A stretch of 64,000 nucleotides of DNA from a virus: positions 18,176 to 82,175 of IMG/VR virus record IMGVR_UViG_3300029906_000004; one strand, written 5' to 3'. Below the pieces are notes generated by a model, which saw only the letters and a program-made list of their open reading frames with translations, did no database searches and was not told where the DNA came from. The translations under genes were made by a program, and so were the position numbers. This document shows positions 1 through 14,900 of the stretch, one piece after another. How positions within the stretch are numbered: position 1 is the first letter of the stretch; the number at the start of each line of letters is the position of its first letter.

Positions 1-1
1 G

Positions 2-1024
2 GATCCTAGAGGGTTAAAGAAATATAAAGTTGGTGAAAGAGTAACAATGCCTGATGGTAGTACTTGGGAAATTATAGAACCTACTTCTACTCTTGCAGGA
101 ACATCTAACTCGTCCTATCGTGCTAGAAGGGTTGCTAATGTAGAAAATGAAACTCTAGATAGGTATTTACCAGAAGTAATAGTAACTCCTAAGAAAGAAA
201 CTACAGTAACTCCCACGCCATACTCTGCTACCGTTTCTAAACCTAGACGTAAGAATACTTTTAAATTAAACCCTTCCGATTGGATTGGTGATAACGATGT
301 AACCCGTAATACTAACCCCGATGGCTGGAGAAAAGAATGGACTTCGGAGGATCTACCGTTACCAGAAACTACTACTACTGTGACTACCCCAAAACAGGAT
401 GATGAAGATCCAGATAGAAATCCTATAGACTGGACCGGTATAGCTAGTGGAATAGCCGGTTTAGCTCCTATTCTGTCCAATCTTAACACTAGGCCTGAAT
501 ATTAGAACACGATATATAATCCGTTTGCTAATGCTATCATGACTACTATGCGTAATCGTAGATACGACATTAGTCCTGCAATAAGAGATATTGAACGGAA
601 TAGAGCTATAGCTAATTACAATGAAAGTTAGATGAACACTAATACTGGAGCTAATATGGCATTTAGATTACAGAATGCAAGTAATACAGCTAGAGCTATT
701 GCAGATATTAGATCTCAAGAGAGTAATGTCAATAATCAGTATTTAGCAGATTACGCTAATACTCTTAATGATCTAGGTAGACAATGGGCTAACGAAAGTA
801 TTAGGGTACAAGATGCTAATATGGCTAATAGGGCACAAGCTAGAAATATACGTAGAGCTGGTCTTAGTGGGCTTAGTCAATGGTTCCAGAATAGGGAATT
901 AATGCGTAATCAACGCAATAGAGATAACATGATGATGGCTTTGTATGATCCATTCTTAGAAGCCGGATTTACTACTGGTGATCTTACTAACTTTAGAAAC
1001 TGGTTAAGGAGGACTAACGGATAA
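2..1024 (+). CDS. Virion-associated protein, 5'-truncated, TAG-recoded
   Basis: Track ORFs 47-505 and 632-1024 share a frame and are separated only by TAG codons; the frame is open from base 2 and ends at TAA 1022-1024. Confidence 0.8.
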
Positions 1025-2919
1025 TGGCAGCAAATAGATTTGATTAGGCAGCGGAAATGCCTATTATTAATACTTATGTACCCATAGATTTTAAGAATCT
1101 GTATATGATTGGAGCTACTTAGAAGGCTGCTGTAGATTAGGCAATAGCGGATATTGGCACAGCTGTATAGACTTTTGGGGAATTCAGATCACCGTCTAGA
1201 ATAGATACAGAAAATTATTATAAATTGACTCTGGGTCAAATGCAGGATCTCATCAATCAGTCCTCTGCAAACCCTGATGCTATGAAAGATGCCGGTTTTA
1301 GAGCTAAATTTTATAGTAAACTCAATAGTTTAGACTACGCAAGTCTTAGTTAGCTTAAAGAGAGTGCAGATAATCAAAGAGCTGGTTTGAGGATGAGAGC
1401 TGAAATGGAAGCTAAAGGTCTTTATAAAAACAGTCCTTATTGGGATAAGGCTAATATTGAAAATTATGATACTCTCGGAACCGGTAAAGTATTTTCAGAC
1501 ATTACTCCTACTAGATGGATGTCTGCAAACGAATTATCCAATCCTTACTTTGATAATTTACAACCTAGTTCTTTAGGCCCGGTGTGGTAGGATGGGGTAA
1601 AATATAATAGAACTGGTATTACTTATGATACTCTATACGGAATAGCAGATGCAAGATTTAATGATTTGGTGTCTACTCCTCAAGGATAGGCCTACTATAA
1701 TGAAATATTGGATAGAGTAGGAGGAGATACTAGTGCTGCTAGACAAGCTTTTGTAGGTATGATAGCCGATTCGTAGAGAGATAGAATACGTAATGTAGAT
1801 ACAGTTGATCCTGCTTGGTTAGCTTAGTTAAGAGCTAATGCATCGCGCAGTGGATCTGTTGACACTGTGTTTGCTACTCCGACTAGATTAAGATTTATAA
1901 GAGAAGGTAATTTACGAGTAGCTCAACGTAATCTCAGGAATAATACTACTGAAGCAGAGATAAATCAACATAACGAACAACAGGCTCTATTAGAAGATAA
2001 TTTTGCAAACGCTTACAGTAAGTATAGATCTAATCCAACTGAGGAAAATCTAGTAGAAGCCAAAAGAGCTTAGAATGCAGTCTATTTAAATCAAGGTAGG
2101 TTTTTACTAGAGAATAATCGTAAAGAGATAGATAAGCAATTTAAGACCGTAACTGGTAGATCTGTATACGACAAGTTCCCAGAAAAAATGAACCATAGAG
2201 ACTATGTTATAGGAGTAAATAAGGCATTATCTAGTGTAGAGAATGACATAGCGTTAACTGGTCAAGATAAGCTTATAACAAATTTAGGAGCTCTGCCGGT
2301 AAATATTGTAGACGAAGGAAATGCTACTAAACAAGCATTTCAATTTAATACTTCAGCTGGTTTTGTGACTCCAGAGAGAATAATGCAAATGATCACAGAC
2401 CCTACTGGATAGAATATTCCTGTAAGAGATGTTAGAAGAGGTACATGGTGGTTAGATAGTGAGAGTTTAGGTTTTGAAAACAATCTTACAGCAGGATCTT
2501 TTGGTACTACTCAATTTATTCCTGATAATAAAATTATACAAGTTAGTCCAGATGTATATGCAATTAAAGGTAAAATAAGGCTGAGTAGAGATGAAGTCGA
2601 GAATGTATTGGGTACTGGTTCTTGGTTCTCTAGATCGTCTGATCAAGGAGCTAAGGGTATAATCGGTTCTCAAAGAACTGATGATGTTCTAAGAGGAGCA
2701 TATAATATGAAAGAAGTAAAGGAAAAATCTGGTGATGACGAGGTTACCTACTATGAAATGGATAGTTATAGATTGTTACCCTCTGTTACTGAGAATCCTG
2801 AATGGTGGACTGCCTCTGAAACAGGTTGGGCTAATACAGATTCATATGGCGGAATAGGTAGTGCGTCTATGGCTAAAGACGCCTTTGGATCTTCATCTCG
2901 TCTTAATCTAGGTTATTAA
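1024..2919 (+). CDS. crAss-type large virion/cargo protein (~631 aa), TAG-recoded
   Basis: ATG overlaps the previous stop (TAATG). MAANRFD(TAG)AAEMPIINTYVPIDF start. Track fragments 1387, 1867, 2188 and 2608 are all in this frame; ends TAA. Confidence 0.8.
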
Positions 2920-2933
2920 TTAAAAAGAATATT

Positions 2934-5900
2934 ATGCAAGATATATTAAATTCTATAGACGAACGACACGCTCTATATAATGCATATGCTACCCCATAGG
3001 TAGATCCGTGGGCGTATGTAAGAGAATTATAGTATGCACCTACTGGTCAAGCTCCTGATAATTATAATCCTAGTGATTATCTTTCTAGTGCTTATTATAC
3101 TTGGCAACGTAATCGTCAAGAGAGTATAATGAATGGAGCTTATGGCGATTATACTATGCTAGACTAGGATTCATAGACTTTAGATAATTTGCGTAGTTAT
3201 CTAAGCTCTTAGAATGCTGAATCTGATCCTCAATATATTACTGCTTTCAATACGGTAATGAACGAGGAGATGAACGACAGTTCTATCAATAATAGAATTA
3301 AATCATACCTACAGAGTAATAGGTATGATTTAGCTATTAGTGAGATTAATCGTCAATTAGACGAGTCTGCTAATGCAACAGACTCCAACACAGGAGCGTG
3401 GAAGGATGATAGCACGTTAGCTGCTAGAAAATCTGCAGCTTTATTTAAAGCAGATGTAGCTAGATAGGAATTAGATGAATATGATGCTAAAGTAGATCCT
3501 TATTTTAAGAAAAAGGAGGCTACATAGGAATTTGATTTTACAGACATCGATACTTATCTGTATAAACTTCCTGGTCTACTAGGTTCATCTGCTGCTACGA
3601 TAGAAGCAGATATTGCTACTACAGCTGGTTCTTGGGCAGCTGGAGCTAGTATTGGTGCTGCTATAGGTGGTCCTATAGGAGTTGGAGTAGGAGCAGTTGG
3701 AGCAGGAGCTGTAGCTATCGCAGGTAACTTATTTAGCAGAGATGCAGATTCTAAAATGGAAGTGTATACTAACTATAAAGATTCTGTAAAGAAACAGTTA
3801 CAAAAGGACGGCATAGATAAGAAGATACTTGCAGATGCTAAATCCGTTATGAGGGAATCCGGTCAGTATACTGAAGAATAGCTTAATGATGATGAGTTTA
3901 TATACGATCAGATACTTACGGATAGAGTGAAGATAAACGATAACCAGCTTAACAAAGCTAAGATAAACAATAGGGATGGTCTTAAATCTCTATACTTAGA
4001 TAATATGGCTCTATCTGCTTCGGATGTAGCTCAAACTATGATTGAGGTAATGCCATTTGGTTTTGGTAAGATCGCTAAAGCCATGAAACTAGATAAACTT
4101 GCTGCTCCTCTTGGAAAATTCAGACAAGGATTATCTAAACGTATTGACGATGTAGTTGCATACGGATTAGATAAGGCAGATGATCTGTCTACTCTTACTT
4201 GGAGAAGAGCAGTTAAAGATCTAGGCGGTAGGATGCTAGTATCTAGTTTTATGGAAGGTGCTGAAGAAGGTACGTAGTATATTAAAGGACAGAACTACAT
4301 CAACGGAAATTATGATAAAGACGCAAATATTGTCGAAAGGTGGTTGGATAATACTGTTGACGGAGCTAGATCTATATTTGCTGCATTAACTCCTTGGGAT
4401 CCTATCTACTCTACCGATAAAGAGTTCATGGATAACTTTAAAGGTGGTATGTTGTTATGCGGTATAATGACTGGTATATACGGTGGAGCTACTATTACAG
4501 TCAATACAGTCAATCAGATGAAAGTAGATAGACTTATTTCTAGCTTATATGCTGAAAATATGGAGGCTAAAGATAGAGTAAGAAAGGACATGCTTTATAG
4601 TGGTTCAGCAGGTAGTAGCAGATTCGATAGAGTAGATCAATCTTTTGATAATTTAAAGACACTAGGTCTGGACGGTATTACTGAGCAAGAGATAGAAGAA
4701 GAACGTACTAGAGCTAATTAGATTAGAAATATACGTAATTCTTCTGTTACTTTATCTGGAGCACGAAAGATTAATATAGATCCTCGTACTAGAGAATATG
4801 ATGCATATGTGGCTCTTACTAAGAGATACTACGATGTATACGACGATACCTTTAAGAATTACCAATCTTCAACGAATAAAGTATCTGAAATATTAAACTC
4901 TGATGAAACTAATAGATATGTTAATGCTTTATCTGAAGAGTTAAAAGATAAAGGTTATGAAACTACTTCGGAAGAAATTAAGAATTTAATTCTCAATAAA
5001 GCTACATTAGATACATACAATTTAATGTATGAACAGTTTGATAAAGATGGATCTATATCGAAAGATATACAAGATAATCTTAATTATCAGACCAATCAGG
5101 CCGATTTGAATAGTTTTGCTCAGATTATAGACAAGAATAGAAAAGAGATAGAAAAGATTCAAGGTCCGTTTAAAGCTCTTCTTAAAGTATTAGAGACCGC
5201 CGGAATATCTCAAGATAGGTTATAGGTTCCGGCTAATTAGGAAGATTTGTAGAAGGCTATTTACGCTCAAATAGGAGCTAAGATTGCATTTGATAGAGCT
5301 GCCGCAGACAATGAGCTTTTTCACTCTGATGAAGAAAAAGAGATTAAGGATAAGATAAATCAATATCTTGATACTGAGAGAAGAGATAATGAATATGTAG
5401 CAGATCTAGATGACTTAAATGAAGGTAGAGATATTAATAGAGCTAACGAAGATGGGAAAGTAATAGAACCTCCTACTATAGATAGTCCTGTTACTCCTGA
5501 GCCTGAACTTGTATCCCCTACTCCGTCACCTTCTCCAGCTCCAGCACCTGCTGCAGTAGAAACTAAGCATGAAACAGAAGAGAATAAAACAGTTGATAAA
5601 ACCCAACATATCTGTCCAGTGTGTGGTAAGCCTATTGATTTCGATTATAATACACAGAAAGGAGTATGCCCTCAGTGTCATACCGATTTGGGTATATATG
5701 TGGATATTAACAATCTAACAGAAGAAGAAGCTAAAGAATTATTAGACGAATTAAATGACCCTAATTCTAAATTATATAATCCTCCTCCAGCTCCAGCACC
5801 TGCTGCAGTAGAACCTGAGTAGAAATAGGGATCTGTTGTAGTAGATCAGTCTAGTGAAAATGAACAGAATGGTTTTGTTAATCAACAGTTAACTCAGCAA

Positions 5901-8900
5901 TATCAAGATGAACTTAATCGAATTTATTCTATTAAAAATGACGATGAATTTGAAAAAGCTGAGAAAGAATTCTCTAATACTCTTCCAGAAGAATACTCTA
6001 CTAAGCTTGTTAACAATGTACCTTCAATATATAATACAAAAAAAGATTATGAATACCGAGAAACTCATGTTCCGGAAGGTCAAATAAATAGGTATAATCA
6101 AAGTGCATTAAACAGTACTCCGAGAAAATTTAAAGTAGGAGATAAATTATAGATTGAACGAGAAGGAAGTTATCCTATAGCAACTGTAACTGAAGTTTCC
6201 GATGATGGTACAATATCGCAAGCTGTGGATGAAGCTGGTTATGTTTTAATAGATAATGGCGCTATTACTACAGGTCTTCCTTAGAGAGTATCTACAGAAT
6301 CAGTTGAATTAACTAAGACTAGATAGAAAGTAAATAAGCTTAGAGAAGATGTATCTGAAATAGAAAATGGTCATGTAAGACTTAAGAAAGGTACTAATGC
6401 TAGAGAAGTATACGATCTTGCTTCAGACGCAATTAGGAATGACTTTATGACTCGTCATCCTAATGTTACTTAGTACAGAGAGTATGTTGCTACTAATGAG
6501 TTGGATAGTCAAGAAGGTCAACAATATGATTTATTACAGAGTATTGTTGATACTAGAGACCGTATGGAAGAAGAAATTCTTACAAACGGTAATACTAACC
6601 GAGCTAGAGGACTACAAGGTTATTTACGTAGATTAGTAAATGACTACAATGAAGTAGTTGCATCTAATTAGAGATAGCAAGAGTAGGCTAAGGAAGAAGC
6701 TACGAAGAATCCTGCTCCCATTACTGATAATGAAGCAGAACCTGTTCCTCCAGTTAAATCTGAAGAAACTCAACCCGCTAAAGTAGAAACTCCTGACTTA
6801 ACACAGATACTCGGAGATTGGTTAGGAGAAGGGGTTGCAGAAGGTATGCAAGCTGGTGCTCAACCACAGCAACCTGTACAATAGCCTGAAGCAGAACAAC
6901 CTACTCAAGAACAGCCTATAGTAGATACTCCTCTTACTTATGATAATAGAGTTGATCCTTACTCACATGAGATCAATTATAGATTAAATAAAGATGGTCA
7001 ACCTATACCTTTCCAAGGTATGGAAGAATATCTGAATAATGAAGCCTTATCAGAAGTATCTACTAATCCTGATTTCATCAGTACAGTGTTGCCTAACGCA
7101 GAAGTAGTAGTAAGACCGTATACTAACGATAAAGGTTAGACTACTCCTGCAATTTATGTAATATTGCCATATAAAGGTAAGAACTATATAGCATCTGTAC
7201 AAGAAGTTGAGAGTTTATAGGGATATCTGTATAAGCGTAGAGATCCTCTTCCTTATGATTAGATTTAGTTGATACTTACTAATTTACAGAATCTGAGGAA
7301 TAAAGTATTAGAACTTAATAAGCAAGTACAAGCTAATCCTAATCTTAAAATTGTTCCTACTGTTATAAGGTCTACTAATGGTCAGTATATTAATGAGAAG
7401 AATCCAGATAATAGTCCTAAAAATCGTAAGTTAACAGAATCGGCTCATTAGGTGGTAAAAGACCCTTATGAGATTACTCCTGAAAATACACATGTTGGTA
7501 TTACTACAGGAAATAGAAGTAATGCTACAATTAGATATAAAGGTAGAACTATATCTGCTAGAGGTGCTGCGTTAGGGCAACCTATGTGGATAATAGAAAC
7601 TCCTAGAGAAGATGGAGGTACTGATACTAAACGGGTAAAGTTAAACTATCCTGATTTTAAGAATGATCCTGAGATGGTAGACTTTATTATTGATCTACTT
7701 GTTAATCCTTCTAATAATTATGTAGATAGAAGTGGAGTATAGACTGGCATAGATACCAAACAATTATTAAGTTTCTTAGTGAATTTTGGTACACATACAG
7801 CAGTTAATCCGAACGATCTTGGATTAGACCAGAGTCAGATAGATAGATTACTGGCTAAACGTTTCTACATTAATGAGAATAATCAACTTATATTAGGTAG
7901 AAATGCCTATAATATTGGAGATATTATTTCAGATCCTACGGTTAGACAGACAGTAAAGGATTACATAATGTAGAATTTCCATCCTGCTATAGATGAATTT
8001 GGACTAAGTACGTAGTACATCGGAGGTGATACATAGTCTCTAGTATAGAGACCCATGTTCAGACCTGCAGCAGCTATGCTTAGAACAAGTAATGTGGATA
8101 AGATTGTAATGATACCAGGGAGATTAGAATTTACTCTAAAGGACTTTGGTATTGTTACAGATAGTAATGGTAGACGTAGATAGGATGACAAACATCCTAA
8201 TGGTATTAGCATACTAGGGTGGTATGTAAAACAAGGTATTCTATTGACAGATATATCGGATAAACTAAAGAATGCTAATCTGTACATTGACGACGTTAAA
8301 CTAGTAAATAAAGACTACATACCTAATTTACAAGAAGCTACTCAACAAGTTAAAGAAACTGTAGATAACTCTAATACCGTTGAAGTACCTACTATGGATG
8401 GTGGTACTAGAGTAATAGATATTAACTCTATGTTATCTTTACTAGACGGTAAGAAAAAAGGACCTAATATGGTATCTGAAGAACGTTATCAAGAAGGTCT
8501 TCTTGTTAATGAAGCAGATAGAATGAATCCTAAACAGGCTACAGAATGGTTGCAGAAGACTCTAGGTATTACTCCTGAAATAGTACAGTCTGTAATAGAT
8601 ATTACTGAAGCAGGTCAAGCTGTAGTTGGTAGAGTAACAGAAGATTCTATACTATTATCTGAACTAGCTCCAGAAGGCGCTGAGTATCACGAAGCTTGGC
8701 ATAGAGTATCTCAATTATTAATTTCTCCTAAGAAAAGAGATAGACTGTACAAACAGTATAGGAGAAAACATAATAGTACTCAGACAGATCAGTAGATAGA
8801 TGAAATGATGGCTGAGGACTTTAGAAGGTTCTAGTTAGAAGAAGCATAGAATTATAACTTTGAAACTAAGAATTGGTTTAGGCGAATATGGGATTTCATA

Positions 8901-11900
8901 AAACTGTGGGCTAGAACTGGTTCATATGCCTTAGCTAATATATATTCTAATATCAATAGAGCTAAGTATAGTGGAGTAGAACCTAATGCTGAAAATGTAG
9001 CTAGATTTAGACAAATTTACTCTGGAGAAGGTCCTAATCTAGAAGTATCTGGTTATAGATTTTAGAACATTAAGACAGTAAAACAGTTAGACGATATTAC
9101 TAAGAGCCTTACTTATGCTTTCTTTAATGTTGCGTTTACTGATGGCAAAGCTATAGATTACGCTGACTTACGTAATGAGAAGCCTAGGTTTGATACTCTT
9201 AAATTAATGTTACAAGCACAGGCTTATAGATATCCATCTCCTGCTATACAAGAGATTGTAGATAAGTTTGATGATATATTCGCTCCAGCTGTAGCTAACA
9301 ATCTTAAGAATCTAGGAATACGCGCTATTGATAGTAATGAAGACTAGACTATTAGTGACATGGAAGAGGGAGCAGAAGGAGTTAACATAGGTCAACATAC
9401 TATAGAAGGTATGAATATATCTATTAAAGATAATGCTCCTGCTGAGGTTAAGTTCTTCTTCTAGACCATTCCTATGTATGAAATAGGTTAGGATGGTAGA
9501 CCTAGAGTAAAAATAGATCCTATTACTCACTGGCCTCAATTTGTAGACACTAATAAGTCATGGGTTAACGTTCTTAAAGATTTACATGGATGTCGTACAC
9601 TGTCTAATCTAGTTTCTAAAGTAGCTCAATTAGCTAAACAAGGTGATCCTTTTTATCAAGCTATTCTAACTAAATTAGATGAAGAGATTTCAATTAAATC
9701 TCAGTCACAAGATCCTAAAGTAGCAATGGCTTCTGAATCATTGTTGACGAAAATAATGACCGTTATTACTTCAGATGTAAATAACTTTGTTACTGCTAAA
9801 ATTAGCAGGGATAGAGAAACCAATCAAATCTCTATGAGTCTGGTAGATAACGGAGTAGATGTAAAAGCTCTTAATTACCCAGGAGTATGGTCACGAGATC
9901 TGTTTAGAAACTCTGGATTATTTGAGTATACAGAAGCAGGTAAACTGAAATCTAATCCGCAAGCTAGACAGAAGTTACTTGAGATAATAAATCGTTATGG
10001 CGCATTAAGAAATGCATTCCTAAATAACAACGGTTTATTTACATACAATGGTCAGCAGTATGATTTGCATTAGGATGCTAATTTAGAGAGAGCTAAAGAC
10101 TATATAGTAGCCATACTTAATTCTGTAGGTATCGGTATAGATAAACCTACCTTAAACAAAGTATTGGCATCTGGAGATTTCGGTTCCGCTACAGATAGTA
10201 AGTACGACATACTTAGAAGATTTGTAGTTGATAGTAACGTATATGGTGGTATTCCTAAGCTAATGAACACTCTTTATAGTGTTTTTAAAGCTATAGATGA
10301 AAAAGGTAATATTGGTGAAATAAAAGTAGAGGAAGGTAGTCTTAATCCGTCTTCCATATATACTAATCTTGGTATTGTTAAATACCTTGCTAATTACTAT
10401 GCTATGACTCATGCCACTGATAGGAGTTTGAGTTCTTTAGGTCCTGATGGTAATAGCTATTATATGGTATCTTAGAATAATTTTGCTAAAGATAGATTAC
10501 ATGAAATAGCTACGGATCCTGAAGTACAAGCTTAGCTTAATTCAGTAGTATATAATCAAGGTTCTATTATACTGTAGGCTATTCGTAATGGCAATACTAA
10601 TTTAGCTATAGAGACTCTAATCAATTTTAAAGATACTACATCTGATGATAGAGGTAGAGACTACTTTGGAATTACAGATAGAGAAGACTATATAGCCAAA
10701 ATGACGGCTGTTCTGAATGATAGAATTATATTTCCTACTGTAGCTGATAAAAAGACTTATCATTTCATTAGAGGAGTACAATTATATCACGGTCCTATTA
10801 CGTTCTCAGGTACTCCTGATAAATTAGGAGTAAGATATTCTGATGAAGCGTTAGATGTAATATTAGGTTACTGTTACGATGAACTGAATCAGATCGAATT
10901 GTGTTTACGTCAAATAGATGACGATCCGGCTCATATAAAAATCATAGACGGCTAGGAAGTACATATTAACGAAGATGGTACAATTAATCATGATTGGCTA
11001 GAACCTAATAGACGTATTAAAAACTTCCATACTCCTAATAAAGTAGAGTGGACTGATAAAGATGGTAAGAAACATAAGCGTACTTTAGAAGGCAATGGAG
11101 CTAGATTCTTATTCTTAACAGGTATATATACGAGTGATGGTTTCATTAATTTTAATGACCCAATGAAGTCTGCTAAAGAAAATCTATAGACTGCTAAAGA
11201 ACATTTCTTTAACATGTCTACAGATACTTAGAAAGTATTCCTTAGTGGGGTAATTAACAATATAGTTAAGAAAGAATTACAAACTGCTAAAGATCTTGGA
11301 TTAATTACTTCAAACGAAAATAACTCAGTATGGAGTATGCGCAACGTCTTATTAGACAGTAAAGAACTTAACAGAAGGCAAGCTAGATATACTAACTTTG
11401 ATGCTCAAAATGCTCAAGGTTATGCTATATTTGATATGATAGCAGACTATACTATTAATAGTATCATTTCTATTAATGAAGTAGAAAAGCTATTTAGCGG
11501 TTCTCCTGCTTACTATAAAGTTAAGTATGATAAAGATGGTATTGTAGACGTATCGGTCGATAAGATTAAACGTTTAGGTTCTCTTACTTCTACAGGTTTA
11601 AATAACCGTTTAGATTTCATGCGAGACAGACTAGATAGTGATGAATACACTGTAGCTGAATTAAAGGATCATGAAATTAGAGATAAACAGTATGCTACAT
11701 TAGAAGAACTATTTACTCGTAGTTACATCAAGGAAACTATTCAACAATTCAATGGTCAAGATGCTTGGAATGAAGTGAAAGATCTCTCTATAAAAGAAAT
11801 CGAAGAGAAATTCCCTGAAGAGATCAAAATAGCTAGAATCGCTGCTAAGAAGGATGTAGCTGGATATAAGGATGGTGTTAATGTAGCAGATGCTGCTGTG

Positions 11901-14900
11901 TATATTAGTCCTAAAATGACTGAAAGACTTCTTAGAATGCGCGGCGTATGGTCTTATGAAATATAGCAAGCCTTTAAAGTTCTTACAGATCCTGAAACAG
12001 CTGATAAGTGGGAATCTGATCCTAAACTATATGCTCAAGCCAATAAAGTAATATTGAATGCTATGAAATATATGGCATTCGGTACACGCTTTAATGAGAT
12101 ACCTGGTTTAGGTATACCTTACTTTAATAAGATGGCGTTATTCCCATTATTTAAGTCTGTAGCTACAGGCGATATGAAAAAGCTGTATGACAGAATGACA
12201 GAACCTAATAATGAAATAGATATGGTTCTTTTTGATTCTTCTGTTAAAGCTGGTTCTAGAAGTCCTTAGAAGATGTATCGTTAGGCTAAAGATAGCGAGA
12301 TAGAACTTAAAGACGGACAAACAGTCTTATCTGCTCAACTTACTGAAACTTTAGAGAACGATCAAGCATTTAGACCAGATGATTTGCATAAGTTAGTTAC
12401 TTATAGGTAGAAATATAAGTATCTGCGGCAACAGTTAGAAACAAATCCGCATACTCATGAAGAATAGATGTTGGGTACATAGTTTATGAAAGTAGGTGTA
12501 TCTAATCTTATAGATGAGGACTTGTACGGTGTAGAAGGCGATCAGACAACGGGTTCTGAGATTAAGCAAACCATTATGTGGTGCTTAAACGAATTGTCTG
12601 ATAGAGGTAAGTAGAAGATATCTGCCGAAGTATTTGATAAAGATGGTAATGTAAATATTACTAAATTAGCTAAAATGCTTCGTGATGATGCCAGAGATTC
12701 TGATGCTAACGATAATGTATTGTCTGGTTTACAAGTTGAAGGAGAAGACCTAATACTGCCATTGGACGCTTTATCCGATAATAACTGGTTAGAAAGTAGA
12801 TTCGTAGCAATGATTGCTAAAGAGGTAATTGATGTTCATCTACCAGGTGGAGCATTCATTCAGCGTTCTGCATTTGCTATGGAAGCTACGGCTCAAGACG
12901 TTATTACTGAGGATATGATTAATGATGGTAAACCGTTGTTAATGATAAATGAGAAAGATGGTTCTATGGACTCTGTAGTTAGTATTAATCTGTTTAAGCA
13001 TTTTATACCTAACTATAAGAAGATGACTTTTAGAGAAGCTAGACAGTGGCTATTAGATCATAATATTATAGGGCAAAATGCTGAAGCTGTTGCTATTGGG
13101 TATCGTATTCCTACTCAGTCTATTGCATCTATTTCTGCACTACGGTTTGTAGACGTATTCCCTGAAATAATGGGCGATACTATAATGCTACCAGAAGGTT
13201 TTACTAAACTCACTGGATCAGATTTTGATATAGACAAGCTATATGTAGCACGTTATGGATTTAATGAAGAAGGCAAAGTAATAACTGATTAGAGTGATGC
13301 TGGTATTAAAAATAGAATGTTAAGTATGTATTTAAGGGTACTGCGTACTTTAGCTAATACAGGTCAGCTTAAAGGTTCTATTGATAATGCTACAGATAAT
13401 GTAAAGGCCATTCTCAAAGATATTGAGGGTACTAGTGTAACTCACCCTGCGCCATTTGAAGTATATTCTCCTACTTATCAAGAAGCTAGAAAAGCAGAAT
13501 ATACGGGTGGTAAAGCTGGTATTGGTCCTTTTGCATTAAATAATGCTCATCATATTCTTACCCAGCTTGTTAAGTTGAAGATGATTAGTACTCCATTTAC
13601 AGATGCTATGTAGATTACAGATTTAGGTAGAATCTTTGACGTACCTACGGATACAGATCCAAGAGGTCAGCGTATATTAGACTGGTTGTCTGCTATGATT
13701 AATGCGTTTGTAGATATAGCTAAGGATCCTTATATTGTAAAGCTGAATGTGAATGGTTGGACATATAACATGGTGTCGTTCTTACTTAGAGCAGGTAAAG
13801 GTAAGCAAACGTTCTATTTCATGTATCAGCCTATTTTAAGAGAAATGGCTCAAGAAGTACTTAAAACTAAAGGTAAGTATGGTGTAGATAGAACAAAAAC
13901 TCCCTCATAGCTTGAACAAGAAGCCATATAGAGAGTTTTAGATAAGTACGATAAGGATGGTAAGTTCTAGAAAAAGTATAGACAAATTAATCAAGATGAT
14001 GAATTAAGCGCTACTACTTATAGTAATCTATTTAAAACCTTTATTAACGATAAAGGTGAAGAATCTTCTGCTCTTAGAGAGATGCTAAAAGATCCTGGGT
14101 ATGTGAGAGATTTTAATGAAAGCCAAGTAATGATATACTATGCTTGGTTGAAGTTAAAACCGTATGCAGATTCTTTAGCGAACCTTGTTAAGTACTCTAA
14201 GATTGATACCAAGAAGATAGGTAAATCTTTCGCTGAACAACAGAATTACTATGACGGTATGATGCGTATGTTAGATGATCCTAATTTTGCAGAAGGTGAA
14301 ATCAGAAAGTTCTATGATGAAACGTTTGTAGGGCATAAGACTGAAAATGCTATACCATTTGGTATTTCTATATTCAAGAACTTACTGTTGCGTAATACTT
14401 AGCTGTTTACAGATCAGAAGAATGTAATATTATCATTACTTGGTAGAAGAGGTATTGCTGATTCAGGTCTAATAAATGCTGTTATCAAGGGAATGGAAGC
14501 ATAGGCTAAAGCTCAATTCTTTAATGACTATATAAAGTCTAATGACATAGACTTACAAAGTATGTTTAAAGGACAAATGTCTATGGCTAAACGACTGAAT
14601 AACTTTAAATAGTTAATACTGCGTAGAGATCCTAGAATGTCTCATTTGATAGATAATACAGGTCATATTACAAATGATTTCATAGAGTTTCTACTTCCTA
14701 ATATATAGAATACAGAGGATAGACCTAATGAATTAGATTTCATAGATACATCTGATTTATTAAATGTAGATTAGGCTAAAGCTAATAATCTTATTAACTA
14801 TTGGAGAGAATTAATAGAAGATCCGAATCCTTAGATAAGTAAGTTATTTAAAGATTTAGTAGTATATGCATTTATTACTACAGGCGATAATCCTACAATG

